A DNA stretch of 63,881 bases, counting the filler, from Octopus bimaculoides (lineage: Eukaryota): assembly GCF_001194135.2 (NCBI RefSeq). It is 9 parts of 8 records of this genome, joined end to end, with 100 filler letters (N's around TTAATTAATTAA, not from the genome) between each part and the next. Parts side by side here need not be neighbours in the genome. Positions count along the whole stretch, not along the records: positions 1 to 12,864 come from NC_069006.1; positions 12,965 to 20,914 come from NC_069007.1; 7 more parts are not named here. The stretch is one strand, 5' to 3'. Both the position numbers and the translations under genes were made by a program. Below are positions 1 through 14,194 of this stretch, one piece after another (position 1 is the first letter of the stretch; each line of letters opens with the position of its first letter). The notes beneath the pieces were generated by a model. That model was given only the letters and a program-made list of their open reading frames with translations. It was not told where the DNA came from and did not search any database.

Positions 1-1900
<1,900 letters not shown>

Positions 1901-2304
1901 TATAGCGGCGAGTTGCTGATTTGGTGTTTTAATATGTAATGGATTGCTGCAGTGGCTCTTGAAACGGCCGTAGACTTGGATTTATTCTTATATTATTCTG
2001 TATTCTTTTCTCTTTTGAACTGGACGGTGGATGTTTTCCCGGATTCACTTTACATTTAATAGTCTAACTATATTATTTTTAATCGCCTCGCTATATACTT
2101 TCATATTTTATTCATATATTTTGATCTTCATACGCGTTTTTACTGGTTTTCACACATTTTTTTAATATATGTATATATGTGTATATCTTTATACCTTCGG
2201 GCTTTGTATATGTATATTCTTATACCTTCGTAGTGTTATAAGAGCTGTGTTAGGTAGCTTCTGTCTAGTCGAAATCCATGCTGGCTGTCAGTCAGTTAGC
2301 TCTG

Positions 2305-2550
2305 AAAAAAGAAGCTGCAGTGGTTTGGCAAGGGCCCGTTTGCACGATTTGAGAAGGATTGCTGGGAATCCATCGGAGCCAGCAGTTGTGTTTGTGTCAA
2401 CATCTATGGCCAGTGTTACATCATCTTTAATGTTGATGAACTCAATTTTCACCTCTTTGGTTACAGGTAAAGTGGCAAAGAATTCTGCTGGTATGATCAC
2501 TTGCCTGTATCCCAGTGGTGTAGTGAACACACTTTGGAACTGTTCTTTCA
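2305..2550 (-). mobile_element. CR1/L2-group LINE ORF2 fragment (region just upstream of the RT core)
   Basis: Minus-strand translation LKEQFQSVFT...AGSDGFPAILLKSCKRALAKPLQLLF matches the A-G-P-D-G-x-P...L-x-x-P-L motif preceding LINE RT domains. Confidence 0.8.
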
Positions 2551-2812
2551 GAACGGGGTGCCACTGCATCGTGCCAAAGATCCCAGCATCTCCATCAAAA
2601 TACATGACATGATACTGCAACAGCCTAGGTTTCAAGGGCCCGTAGCTTTTCAATATCCTTCCAAAATGCCTGAGAGACCTGCATAGTGTGGATGCAGGTG
2701 TCTTCGAAGCAAAACTGGATCCCCTCCTGTGAAGGGTTCCAGATAAGCCTACCTCACGGCAGGAAACACGGGGCAGCGGCATCAAACTCCCTCATTCACC
2801 GAATGCAAGGTA
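2549..2812 (+). mobile_element. CR1-group LINE ORF2 C-terminal/3' fragment, degenerate
   Basis: Plus-strand translation RTGCHCIVPKIP..YCNSLGFKGP*LFNILPKCLRDLHSVDAGVFEAKLD..VPDKP, then AAASNSL in another frame; typical LINE ORF2 C-terminus, with in-frame stops. Confidence 0.75.
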
Positions 2813-2838
2813 TCAGAGGAGCTTTCAAATATAAACGT

Positions 2839-2935
<97 letters not shown>

Positions 2936-3875
2936 GAATGTTCTCTTTGTAGGTATGCATTTCTCCGCTGATGTCGCCTATTGAAACAGAAACATGTATC
3001 TACAGTTACTCAAAGAACAAACGAAGAGAAAGAAAAAACACAGCCACTTTATTCTATAATAAAATATGATCTGTAACCTGTAATTCAATGGGCAATAATT
3101 GTCACGCGCATTCATTGTCAAGCTAGCTCCGTGTTCTACGCCGAGAATTAAACGAATGTTAGGAGCAATCGCGGAATAAACAACTTCAATTCAATGAATC
3201 CGGTCGTCTATATGATCGAATCGAATAACTGAACTTACTCATCGTGAAAACAGCCGGAGGACCCGTGTGTGTGTGTGTGTGTTGAAAGAGACGTAGACGG
3301 AGCTGGGAAAGACTGCGTGTGGAAGACATGCATGTCAGATTCAGGGTTTTTCAATTTGCTTACATAACCGAATGAACCAGCTGTCACCTTAGATTTAGTT
3401 GTCCATATCACTTTCTAACCACAAAACTACTACAATACACGAGCGTGTATTTGCCAACATCATTGCTTCCTGTGACATCACCTGCGCCACCGTCGGCAAC
3501 AATAACGATAGAAACAACACCACCATCAGCGCTACCACCAACACCGCCGCCACCATTACAGCCGTCATCACCTCCAGGTCTTTGCAACCATAGCCACTTC
3601 CACCCCTACCACTGCCGCCACCGCCACCGCAGACAATAACACTACTACCAACACTGCCAATACCATAACCATCATCATCATCATCTCTGCAACTACCACA
3701 ACCACCACCACCACCATCACCTCTATCGACAACTACAATTGCTGCCGACGCCACCACCACTACTGGAGCCACCACCGTCATCACCACCCTCACCACTGCC
3801 ACCATTATCACCACCACCAACAACAACAATACTATCACCACCGCCACTACCACCACCACTTCCGCCGGCACCACC

Positions 3876-4032
3876 ATCCATTCACAAGGCAAGCTTCTTA
3901 CCACACAGCCATTCCTGCGTCTATGATATAAAATCACTACCATCACCACCACCACTACCACCATACATACATATATATATATCATAGACGCAGGAATGGC
4001 TGTGTGGTAAGAAGCTTGCCTTGTGAATGGAT
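3876..4032. repeat. Perfect 55-bp inverted repeat (3876-3930 / 3978-4032) with a 47-bp spacer, made from an internally deleted SINE
   Basis: atccattcacaaggcaagcttcttaccacacagccattcctgcgtctatgatata is the exact reverse complement of tatatcatagacgcaggaatggctgtgtggtaagaagcttgccttgtgaatggat. Confidence 0.95.
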
Positions 4033-4170
4033 TTAGTAGATGGAAACTGAAAGAAGCCCGTTGTATATATATATGTATGCATTTGTGTGTGTGTGTGTGT
4101 TTGTCCTCCCACCATCAGTTGACAACTGATGTTGGTGTTTACGTCGCCGTAACTTAGCGGTTCGGCCTAA
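3985..4170 (+). mobile_element. tRNA-derived SINE (OK-like), internally deleted
   Basis: Head gacgcaggaatggctgtgtggtaagaagcttgc is fused directly to ttgtgaatggatttagtagatggaaactgaaagaagcccg; compare the intact copy at 10214-10405. Confidence 0.8.
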
Positions 4171-4327
4171 ATATAAATTTAGACGTCTCTAATTCTGACT
4201 GTAGGTGCTACAAGCACATATATTGCTAGAAATAAGAATCAAATCTCTTATAAATGCGTAAAGGCATGATTAGACACGACTTAATTTTACCTATACGGTT
4301 TATATTGCGCCAAGGGACCCACATTCA

Positions 4328-4374
<47 letters not shown>

Positions 4375-4572
4375 TTGTACATTCGTATGTATGTATATAG
4401 ACACACACGTTTCTGAGTATATGCATGTAACTGTGTGTGTTTGTACATTCGTATGTATGTATATACACACACATTTCTGTGTATGTGCATGTAACTCTGT
4501 GTATGTGTGTGTGCATGTACATTCGTATGTATGTATAGACACATACATTTCTGAGTATGTGCATATAACTGT

Positions 4573-4656
<84 letters not shown>

Positions 4657-5786
4657 CTTTTCAACAACTGCTGAAGGAGGTAGCAACTGGTTGCAGAAAC
4701 ATCAAGACGTCCCGGAAGATTTGCAAAACATAAATAATAGGCTTATATATTCGATCTGAGCGTATTCGAGATCCAATGTTTCGCTTTATATATTTCCCAT
4801 GCAAAATTGTTTCAATTTCAACCGATTTCATTTTAGGTGTAGAACACAATGTGGCTACATGTCTCACATCAATTAAGAAGTGCTTTGAATGATTCATGTG
4901 TGTTTGGTTAACATGTGACACTACATATATATATCTATATGTCATATGCATGCATGTACAAGCGTGTCTGTGTGTTTCTTCCAATATGCCTACATGATTG
5001 TCTGCATTTGTTCTCTTTTTATATTTTATGCTTTTAATAACCCCAACGACATAGAGTGTAAATGAAAAGTGTGTGACTAAATCATTGAAGCACTAAGTTT
5101 AGCTATTAATGAATAAATGTCATAATTAATCAAGTACTTAGTTAATTAATATACTTTCACTTTCACTTTCGTTTATAATCTTGCAGTTGGTTTCTGTATT
5201 AAATCTGGACAAATGAACAAATTCTCTCTCTTTCTCTCTCACTCTTTCTCTCCTTCTTTCTCTTTCTCTCTCTCACTATTTCTCCCCTCTCTTTCTCTTT
5301 CTCTCTCTCACCCACTCATTTTTGTTTCTTTTTATTTCCCACCTTTTCTCTTCTGTTCTCTATTTTCCACTCTCCCATTTTTCCTCTTCCCCTTGTAATT
5401 CTTGTCACCTATTCTACCTTCTGTTTCTTTCTTTATTTATTTCTTCCATCCTACTTTTGTTTCTTTCTTTCTCTCTGTCGCAGTTTCTCTCTCTCTTTCT
5501 CTCTCTCTATCTCTCTCTCCCTCTCTTTCGCACCTTCTCTATATATATTTATTTATCTATCCGTCTCACTTTATTTTTATTTTCTTCCTTCTCTCTCTGA
5601 TACACAAGTTCACTCTTTCACCCTATCCTTCTCTCACTCTTTCGCTTTCTCTTTATCTCTCCCTCTCTTTCGCACCTTCTCTCTGTATATTTATTTATCT
5701 ATCTGTCTCACTTTATGTTTGTTTTCTTCCTTCTCTCTCAAGTTCACTCTTTCACCCTATCCTTCTCTCACCCTATCCTTTTCTCA

Positions 5787-5835
<49 letters not shown>

Positions 5836-6529
5836 TTTCCCATATCTTACTATATCATCCTAACCTTGTATCCTTTTCTCTTTCTCTTTAGATTTTCTGT
5901 TTCCCTATCTATAAATATCCTTGTCCACCCCGCCGTATCTCTCTTTCTCCCGCTCTCTTCTCCGCCTTTCTCCCACTTTCTTCCTCTCTCTCTCCTTTTT
6001 TTGCCTCTCTCTTCCACTTTCTCTCTCTCTCTTTCGCTATTTCTCGGTCTTCCCACACCCTGCCTCCTGTTTTTCTGCTCTTCTCTCCTTCCACCATACC
6101 CCCCCCCATCTCTATGTTTCTCTGAATTTTGACGGCTTCTCTCCCTGCTACTTGTTTTCTCCCATTCTCTGTTTCACTGCAAATGTTGCAGAGAAATGAA
6201 ACCTTCGTCTTGCTTACTTGACCATGTGAGCGGAGTGGACATCCTTGTAGAAGGCTGCCTGCGCAATAGCGGAAGGAGATTGCTTGAGAAATGTGCTGAA
6301 ACAACGACACTGAGTAGATGAATAACAGGCGAATGAAACAAAAGGAGAGGAGGCTGAAGGAAAAGGCTGAGAAGAAGGAAAAGGAGAGAAAACGAAGAAA
6401 GGTTAATTGATGCAGTGGCTAAAGTCCGGCCAGTCAGTAAGGTAGGATGATAATTATTAGAATGATCTAGATAGACGAGAAAGAAAATTGCACTATGCGT
6501 AGGTATATATGTGTAGGGGTGGGGTATGA

Positions 6530-6650
6530 GGGCGCATAGCCTAGGGGTTAGGGTGTTGAACTCACGATCGAGAGAATGTGATTTCAATATCTAGATCGGG
6601 TGGTGAATTGTGTTCTTGAACGAAACACTTGATCGAAACACATCTCACGC
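6530..6650 (+). mobile_element. Degenerate tRNA-headed SINE
   Basis: gggcgcatagcctaggggttagggtgttg...ttgtgttcttgaacgaaacactt resembles the reverse complement of the copy at 13110-13328. Confidence 0.55.
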
Positions 6651-6679
6651 TATTCTGTGGTCATTTCGATACCTGACTC

Positions 6680-7090
6680 GTCGTGAAATTATCATGTGGC
6701 TGCTACCTCAATATGAAACGTTTCATTACACGGGAACAATACCAAAAGACCACCACCAGTTGTATCTGTCGAAACTCAGGAACCTGTCCACTCTACCAGA
6801 GATGTATGATTAAATCCGTCGTCTAAGACGTAGAAGTTACAACGCCGTAAGATGATAACACAATCGGTAAAAAGAACTATAGTGGACTATGTGAAGGCAA
6901 ATTCAAAACTCGCTATGCAGATAACATATCTTCTTTACAACACAGGGACAGCCGTAAAGCTGCTGAGTTAGCTATCCACATAGGGGTTTTGAAGTCGAAT
7001 GCCACACTACATTGGATAAAATGGAAAATATTCAGAAAATCCACACCATTTGTTAATGAATCAAAAAAATGTAAATCTTTTCAGATCTAA
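6680..7090 (+). mobile_element. Penelope-like element, degenerate GIY-YIG endonuclease end
   Basis: Translations LSCGCYLNMKRFIT and KKNYSGLCEGKFKTRY...AAELAIHIGVLK...IKWKI...KKC resemble the PLE endonuclease (Y-x-G...F-K-x-R-Y...W-x-I). Confidence 0.65.
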
Positions 7091-7099
7091 GAGCACGAA

Positions 7100-7450
7100 C
7101 ACACTGCTGAGGTCATTAGGAATAGGTAGCTTGATTATTATGTATGGCTATCCTGCATGCGTTAGTCATTTTCTTACCTTTGTGTGTCTTAGGAACACCG
7201 TAGAATTGACTGAATTTACATTTGAAGTTAGTCATATAATTGTATTCCTTGTCGGTGAACACTTCTCTGTATAGGTTTAACATAGTTTTCAGGTTTCTCA
7301 TTATTTTCTGCTGACTGGTATTGGACCGTTTTGTAATATGTTGTGTCTTCCAATATGGATAGTACTAGAGTTATGTAGTGTACCGTGTCCTTTAAGACAA
7401 CTGTACTCCCTTTATCAACCTCTTTGATTGTTATTGTTTTATCACCCTTT
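7100..7450 (-). mobile_element. Penelope-like element RT fragment
   Basis: Minus strand gives DKTITIKEVDKGSTVVLKD (the ADKG motif) and TDKEYNYMTNFKCKFSQFYGVPKTHK (the FYGLPKIHK motif of PLE RT). Confidence 0.8.
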
Positions 7451-7461
7451 AATTTGTTCAG

Positions 7462-7511
<50 letters not shown>

Positions 7512-7685
7512 GTATGGATGTATGTATGTATGTATGTATGCTCGCATGTATGTAAGTTCAGTTATAATAAAGACTATTTTAAATTAACTTGATGGGTCAC
7601 TCCAAACCTTTGTAGAGTAGAAATTTGAAATTCTTAAAGAAGCTTGTTGTTGACAGTGACTTCGGACTTTGGCCCACTTCAGCCC

Positions 7686-7730
7686 ATAGTATGACGATGT
7701 CTTAATTGGCCGAAACTTCGAAGTTACTGT
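7686..7730 (+). ncRNA. Degenerate minimal hammerhead-ribozyme-like motif (PLE type)
   Basis: ATAGT-[A]TGACGA-T-stem II (imperfect)-GAAAC...GTT-ACTGT. Stem I has 5 bp and stem III is the perfect palindrome AACTTCGAAGTT. Core C3 is replaced by A, so it is probably inactive. Confidence 0.4.
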
Positions 7731-7809
7731 TTAGAACATTCTTTTTTCCAAGAATAATGCATACATGTGTATAGATAGATAGATAGATAGATAGATAGGG
7801 AATTCAAAT

Positions 7810-8150
7810 AATGCAAATTGCCTTAATTTATTGTTTAATGACTCGCGTTTTCATACAGCTTCAAAGATGGAGTTGCCTTTGCGCTGTCCGTTTTGTCCAT
7901 GTAATTCGATTACATGTGATTTAAGAGGGAGTTTTTATATACTCATTACTTGGTCATTCTTAGATTGATCGAACGTTATCAAGTTAGTACATTATATATA
8001 TGAACCTCTATGGTGCTGTACTTATAATTAGTTTTCCGAACGGTCCCTTGAGCTCTCATAATACACAAATACATTCGTTGTATACACCGATCGGTTGTAC
8101 ACATCAGAACGATTCCCGATTCGGCACTGTCTTTATTTTGCACAAATTTT
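7810..8150 (-). mobile_element. Possible second, highly decayed GIY-YIG (PLE) remnant
   Basis: Weak resemblance on the minus strand (LKSHVIELHG...IFEAV*KRESLNNK); stops and frameshifts present. Confidence 0.3.
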
Positions 8151-8499
8151 AATTCGGTGATCTTCATGGAGTTACATCTCTTCATTCTTCTTGTTTTTCG
8201 ACTTCAGACTCCCCTAGAGGGACATTTTCTCTGCTAATAACATGATTAATCTCAGTTTAGCCAAGTTTTCAACACCCTACGTTACATATGTGAGACCCTA
8301 TTGTTTACATATATGTACATGAGTGTGCCTGTGAGTATGTGTATGTGTGTGTGTTTGTGTATTGTGTGTGTGTGTCTACGTGTGTGTGCGTGGAGGGGGA
8401 GATTCTTTGGGGAGCAACTTCTTTCAAGAAAATTGCCTCATGTTATTTATCAATAACTTTTGATCGCATATCACCTCCTCAGATAGGTTTTCATAGATG

Positions 8500-8533
<34 letters not shown>

Positions 8534-8889
8534 TATATATATACACGTGTGTGCATTGTATTATATGTGCATATATGTACATAGATATATAAGGAGTTAA
8601 ATACGTATATGCTTATGTATATATACATACATACATATATATACATATTTATATATCTGATATACATATAAATGGAATCCTTTGTGTTGGTATACCACAA
8701 TCAGTTTAGTATCTTATTTTCATTAATTAGATCAGCACTGACATATATTGATATCCAATATCAATTTACTGTCTTATACGATATCCCATTTAGATACTTT
8801 CTCTTTGAAACCTTAAGCAAACTTTCCTCCAGACACCACCAGAAAATTATATAAATCTATATACATAAATATATATATATGTATGTATG

Positions 8890-8974
<85 letters not shown>

Positions 8975-10213
8975 ATGTATGTATGTATGTATATGTATGT
9001 ATGTATATGTATGTATGTATNNNNNNNNNNNNNNNNNNNNNNNNNNNNNNNNNNNNNNNNNNNNNNNNNNNNNNNNNNNNNNNNNNNNNNNNNNNNNNNN
9101 NNNNNNNNNNNNNNNNNNNNNNNNNNNNNNNNNNNNNNNNNNNNNNNNNNNNNNNNNNNNNNNNNNNNNNNNNNNNNNNNNNNNNNNNNNNNNNNNNNNN
9201 NNNNNNNNNNNNNNNNNNNNNNNNNNNNNNNNNNNNNNNNNNNNNNNNNNNNNNNNNNNNNNNNNNNNNNNNNNNNNNNNNNNNNNNNNNNNNNNNNNNN
9301 NNNNNNNNNNNNNNNNNNNNNNNNNNNNNNNNNNNNNNNNNNNNNNNNNNNNNNNNNNNNNNNNNNNNNNNNNNNNNNNNNNNNNNNNNNNNNNNNNNNN
9401 NNNNNNNNNNNNNNNNNNNNNNNNNNNNNNNNNNNNNNNNNNNNNNNNNNNNNNNNNNNNNNNNNNNNNNNNNNNNNNNNNNNNNNNNNNNNNNNNNNNN
9501 NNNNNNNNNNNNNNNNNNNNNNNNNNNNNNNNNNNNNNNNNNNNNNNNNNNNNNNNNNNNNNNNNNNNNNNNNNNNNNNNNNNNNNNNNNNNNNNNNNNN
9601 NNNNNNNNNNNNNNNNNNNNNNNNNNNNNNNNNNNNNNNNNNNNNNNNNNNNNNNNNNNNNNNNNNNNNNNNNNNNNNNNNNNNNNNNNNNNNNNNNNNN
9701 NNNNNNNNNNNNNNNNNNNNNNNNNNNNNNNNNNNNNNNNNNNNNNNNNNNNNNNNNNNNNNNNNNNNNNNNNNNNNNNNNNNNNNNNNNNNNNNNNNNN
9801 NNNNNNNNNNNNNNNNNNNNNNNNNNNNNNNNNNNNNNNNNNNNNNNNNNNNNNNNNNNNNNNNNNNNNNNNNNNNNNNNNNNNNNNNNNNNNNNNNNNN
9901 NNNNNNNNNNNNNNNNNNNNNNNNNNNNNNNNNNNNNNNNNNNNNNNNNNNNNNNNNNNNNNNNNNNNNNNNNNNNNNNNNNNNNNNNNNNNNNNNNNNN
10001 NNNNNNNNNNNNNTAACAGTAACTGCACGATAAAGTGTAGTATATTGCCACTTAAGTGTGGCTGACCCCTAGGGGTGGATGTTACTGTTGCTTTTAGCCC
10101 CAGGAGGACATCTCCTCCAGCTGGCTTATCGACACGCGACTGTGTCCTGTTTGCCAAGGGAGTTATCCCTCTCACCTCGACCAGCAGCACGAACGTATAT
10201 ATATATATATATT

Positions 10214-10404
10214 GGCGAAGGAGTGGTTGAGCGGTAAGTAGCTTGCTTTCCAACCACATGGTTCTGGGTTCAGTACCACTGCTGGGCACCTTCGGCAAGT
10301 GTCTTTTATTATAGTGTCTTGGCACCTTGAGCAAGTGTCTTCTAGTCGGGCCGACCAAAGCCTTGTGAGTGGATTTGGTAGACGGAAACTGAAAGAAGCC
10401 CGTC

Positions 10405-10405
<1 letters not shown>
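10214..10405 (+). mobile_element. tRNA-derived SINE (OK-like), near full length, followed by (TA)n
   Basis: A-box-like ggagtggttgagcggtaag, B-box-like ggttcagtacc, body gcaccttcggcaagtgtctt...gccttgtgagtggatttggtagacggaaactgaaagaagcccgtcg. Confidence 0.85.
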
Positions 10406-10442
<37 letters not shown>

Positions 10443-10564
10443 CTCATGTTTGTATGGGGTTTGAGGGAGTTTTGATGTCCATCCCTGACAATTATTTGGT
10501 TACCAGGATAGAATTGTGGACTTGCACATTGCCCTGTCGTGAGTTCCCCGGTGGATTCAATTTT

Positions 10565-10740
10565 CAGGTAGGTGTTAAGGCCAACTGTTGCAATCTTCTT
10601 TGTTAATTCCAGTTGTAAAAGTCGACGACCATCTTCTTTTCTTGACAGGTAAAGTCCTTCTATATTTGCCTTAGGGTGGTGCATTCTATGTATTGTCAAC
10701 AATTTTCGTATATTTCTGTCAAGATTGCATATTTCAGTAA
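10565..10740 (-). mobile_element. R4/Dong-like LINE fragment abutting an (AAT)n tract
   Basis: Minus strand RNIRKLLTIHRMHHPKANIEGLYLSRKEDGRRLLQLE, matching the HHPKA..RLYL.R..GGRGL motif of RLE LINEs. Confidence 0.8.
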
Positions 10741-10755
10741 TAATAATAATATTAA

Positions 10756-10793
<38 letters not shown>

Positions 10794-10848
10794 GTAATCA
10801 TTATTATTATTATTATTATTATTATTGTAATCATTATTATTATTATTA

Positions 10849-10888
<40 letters not shown>

Positions 10889-11199
10889 GGCAGAGTGCTG
10901 GGAGAATTGTTAGCACGCTGGACGAAATGCTTAGCGGTATTTCGCCCGTCACTACGTTTGTTCATTCATTTATTCATTCATTCGGTTCTCATTGTGTGCT
11001 TGCTTTGTGGCACTTGAGGCGACAGCAAAATCAACCCACCTACCAGCACTGAAAGCATCCTTGACAGTTTCTTCTATTTTTAACCCTCTGCTTTTAAGAT
11101 CTTCTGCGCCACGTTACCTTTGGTCGGCCATATCTTCTTTCACCTTGTCGAACACACTGCAAAACAATCCTGACAATTGAGTTCGGTTTATAGCGACAA

Positions 11200-11860
11200 A
11201 CTCGACCCAGCCATTTCCATTTCCTTGCTTAAATAGTTTCTCTCATTGGTTTCACTTCAGCCTTAGCGTGCAGATGGCTATTCGATATCATATTCGTCCA
11301 GTAGACCTCCAAAATGTTTCGTAAACATTTATTTTGAAACACCTCCAAATTCTTTTCGATACTTTTGGTTGTTTTCCAACATTTGGATTCATAGAGGAGG
11401 ATGGTAAGTATGTTGCTTTTCTAAAATCGTATTTTGGTGCTCTTGTTGAGTATTGATTATTTCCATATTGAGTTTAACATACCGAAAGATTTGGTTGGCT
11501 TTGTTGATTCTTGTATTTATCTCATGAATGCAGTCTCCATCCATTGATATTTTGGTGCCTAGATAGTTAAATTCATCAACATTTACGATTGGTTTGTTGT
11601 TCAAAGTCACATGGTCAGCATCTGTAATATTTTTACAAAGGGTGTACGTTTTCTTGATCATTTTGAGACCTACGGTATTGGCTATTTGACTAAGTCTTTC
11701 AGATTTGTCATGTAACTCTTGAGGCGTGTATGAGAACAAACAAATGTCGTCTGTATAATCTAAATCTTCTAGTTGAGTTGTGTTGCATTCTATACCTCGT
11801 TTATATTCTTCTGTCGTTCATTGCATCAACCAATTCGCTGCCAATGAAAATAAGATTGGT
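11200..11860 (-). mobile_element. RTE-clade LINE RT fragment
   Basis: LEDLDYTDDICLFS (YADD-like), GLKM..KKT, and FNYLGTKISMDG...EINTRINKA. Confidence 0.85.
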
Positions 11861-12117
11861 GATAACACGCATCTTTGATTGATTCCAGTTTTGATTTCGA
11901 ACGGATCTGTCAGTTTGTTGTTGTGTATAACTTGACATTCGAAGTGTTTTCATACAATAAACGAATCACCTTGACTAATTTGTGTATAAAAACAATAGCG
12001 TCTGAGAATCTACCAAAGTATATCGCGGTGAAGAATATCGAAAGCTTTACAAAGTCAACAAACAGCATGCACAAAGATAGGTTCGAATATTTGACAATTA
12101 CACAAATTTTGTCGATT

Positions 12118-12210
12118 GGCGTAGGAGTAGCTGTGTGGTAAGTGGCTTACTTACGAACCACATGGTTCCGGGTTCAGTCCCACAGCTTGGCACCTTAGGC
12201 AAGTGTCTCC
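12118..12210 (+). mobile_element. OK-like SINE 5' part
   Basis: ggcgtaggagtagctgtgtggtaag...ggttccgggttcagtccc...gcaagtgtct. Confidence 0.8.
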
Positions 12211-12299
12211 CCTGCAAATTTCAGGTCTTATGCATTCAGTAGAAAGGATTACTGTTATTATTATAATTATAATTATTATTATTATTATTATTATTAGTG

Positions 12300-12450
12300 T
12301 ATTTCGGCCGTCGCTACGTTCTGAGTTCCAACTCCGCAGAGGTCGATTTTGGCTTTCATCCTTTCGGAGTCGATAAAATAAGTATCAGTTAAACACCGGG
12401 GTCAATATAAGGGACTTATTTCCCAGATATTTCTGGCCTTGTGCCAAAAT
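12300..12450 (+). mobile_element. Second SINE family (OR-like) fragment
   Basis: ctacgttctgagttccaactccgcagaggtcgattttggctttcatcctttcggagtcgataaaataagt; the same core recurs about ten times in the window. Confidence 0.75.
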
Positions 12451-12763
12451 TCTAGCCCTTCGACTTCTATCCTGTCTAATTTGTCTGCAGTTTCGACATC
12501 TGATTCATACTTTGTCGAATCATCCTCACTCAAAATACGTATAATTGTAGAACAAAAGGCCCCTCCCCGCTCGGCAGATAAATGTGCGTTTACGAGCGTG
12601 AAAATCTGGAATCTATTAACCTATAAATGAGCCTTTGACGAGTTTACAAGCTAGTGTCTATGAGCACACAAGGATGTATCTGAGTCTGCAAACTTCTATC
12701 TATGAGTCTCTAAAGAATAATCTTTGAGACACTATGAGTCTACATGAAGTTGTGGAAATTAAC

Positions 12764-12810
<47 letters not shown>

Positions 12811-13109
12811 ATATATATATATATATACGTGAGTGAGTGTTTGTGTGTGTGTGTGTGTGTGTGTNNNNNNNNNNNNNNNNNNNNNNNNNNNNNNNNNNNN
12901 NNNNNNNNTTAATTAATTAANNNNNNNNNNNNNNNNNNNNNNNNNNNNNNNNNNNNNNNNNNNNTGATCTGAATTAAAAGGTTTTTCTGAAATTCGATTA
13001 TAAATTTGTGTCCCAAATTCCTGTGAAATAATGATTTCAAAGTTTAGCACAAGGGCAGCAAAGTCGACCACGATAAAATAAATAAATGCGCCCTTTTCAA
13101 GCTTAGCCA

Positions 13110-13328
13110 AGCTCATGGGCCCGGTTTCCCGGTTTCAATGGCGTATGTGTTCCCCAGCTAGATGGGACACCAGTCAATCGCAGCGTTACTCATTTTTGCC
13201 ATCTGAGTGGACTGGAGCAACGTGAAATGAAGTGTTTTGCTCAAGAACACAACGCGTCGCCCGGTCCAGGAATCGAAACCACAATCTTGCGATCATGATA
13301 CTCTAACCACTAAGCCACGCGCCTCCAC
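13110..13328 (-). mobile_element. Third SINE family (tRNA head plus conserved central domain)
   Basis: Reverse strand: ggaggcgcgtggcttagtggttag...gtttcgattcc...gcgttgtgttcttgagcaaaacacttcatttcacgttgctccagtccactcag. Confidence 0.8.
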
Positions 13329-13432
13329 AAAGTCGACCACGGCAGAATTTAAACTCAGAACGTGAAGACGGACGAAATGCCGCCAAACCTTTCACCCGGC
13401 ATGCTAACAATTCTGCAAGCTTGCCGCCTTAC
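13329..13432 (-). mobile_element. OR-like SINE 5' part
   Basis: Reverse complement of the ggcggcgagctggcagaatcgttagc...gagttcaaattc head. Confidence 0.75.
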
Positions 13433-13656
13433 TGCTGTGGAATAACGACAAAGTTGTTTTATTAAATATTTCATTATTTTCAAAATTAATTGAAATAAAT
13501 GAAGCGCATTCGAAAAGAAATATGGTAAAAATAATTGTTAAGTATTTTGATACCAATCAAGCAGAGACTTTTTGGTTCTATGACAAACTTTCTGTTTTAA
13601 AGAGATCTTAAGTTAAGCCCTACCATCAAAGTTTCATGTTAATTTATATTCCAAAC

Positions 13657-13870
13657 AAGGCTGTAAACTGGGAGAATTGTTAATACGCAGGGTAAAATGC
13701 CTAGCGGTGTTTCATCCATCCTTACTTTCTGAGTTCAAATGCTATCAAAGTCAACTTTGTCTATCATCCTTTCGGGGTCGATAAAATACGTCCCAGTTAA
13801 ACACAGGGATCGATGTAATCGACTCGGTCCACTTCCCCAAACTTACTGGCTTTGTGCCAAAATTTGAAAT
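13657..13870 (+). mobile_element. OR-like SINE
   Basis: ttctgagttcaaat...tcatcctttcggggtcgataaaata...gatgtaatcgact...tgtgccaaaatttgaaa. Confidence 0.8.
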
Positions 13871-14194
13871 CAGTTTATATTTCAAATACGTTTAATAATG
13901 ACAAAGATATTTTACTAAATTCTTTATTTCAAAATTGAACTGAGGAGGTGTATTTCGACACAGATGTGATAACGAAAAAGTTAAAAGTAAAAAAAAAAGG
14001 AAACAATAATAATAATAATAATTTAAGCATAGCCGTCACTCGCGAGCGTATCTGGCTCGGGAGGGTAAATAATTTTTGTTAACGTTTTCAATGTGATCAT
14101 TGGCATCATTTTGCTCTTCAAACCTTCGACCCAGCAGAATTACTGGGAGGAGGGCAAGCGTGACGCTTCACCACGGGTCTCCTATATTAACACC

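Noticed and set aside
3395-3987. Pro/Thr-rich or Val/Gly-rich ORFs
   Set aside because: An (ACC)n-derived low-complexity tract with no splice or domain support.
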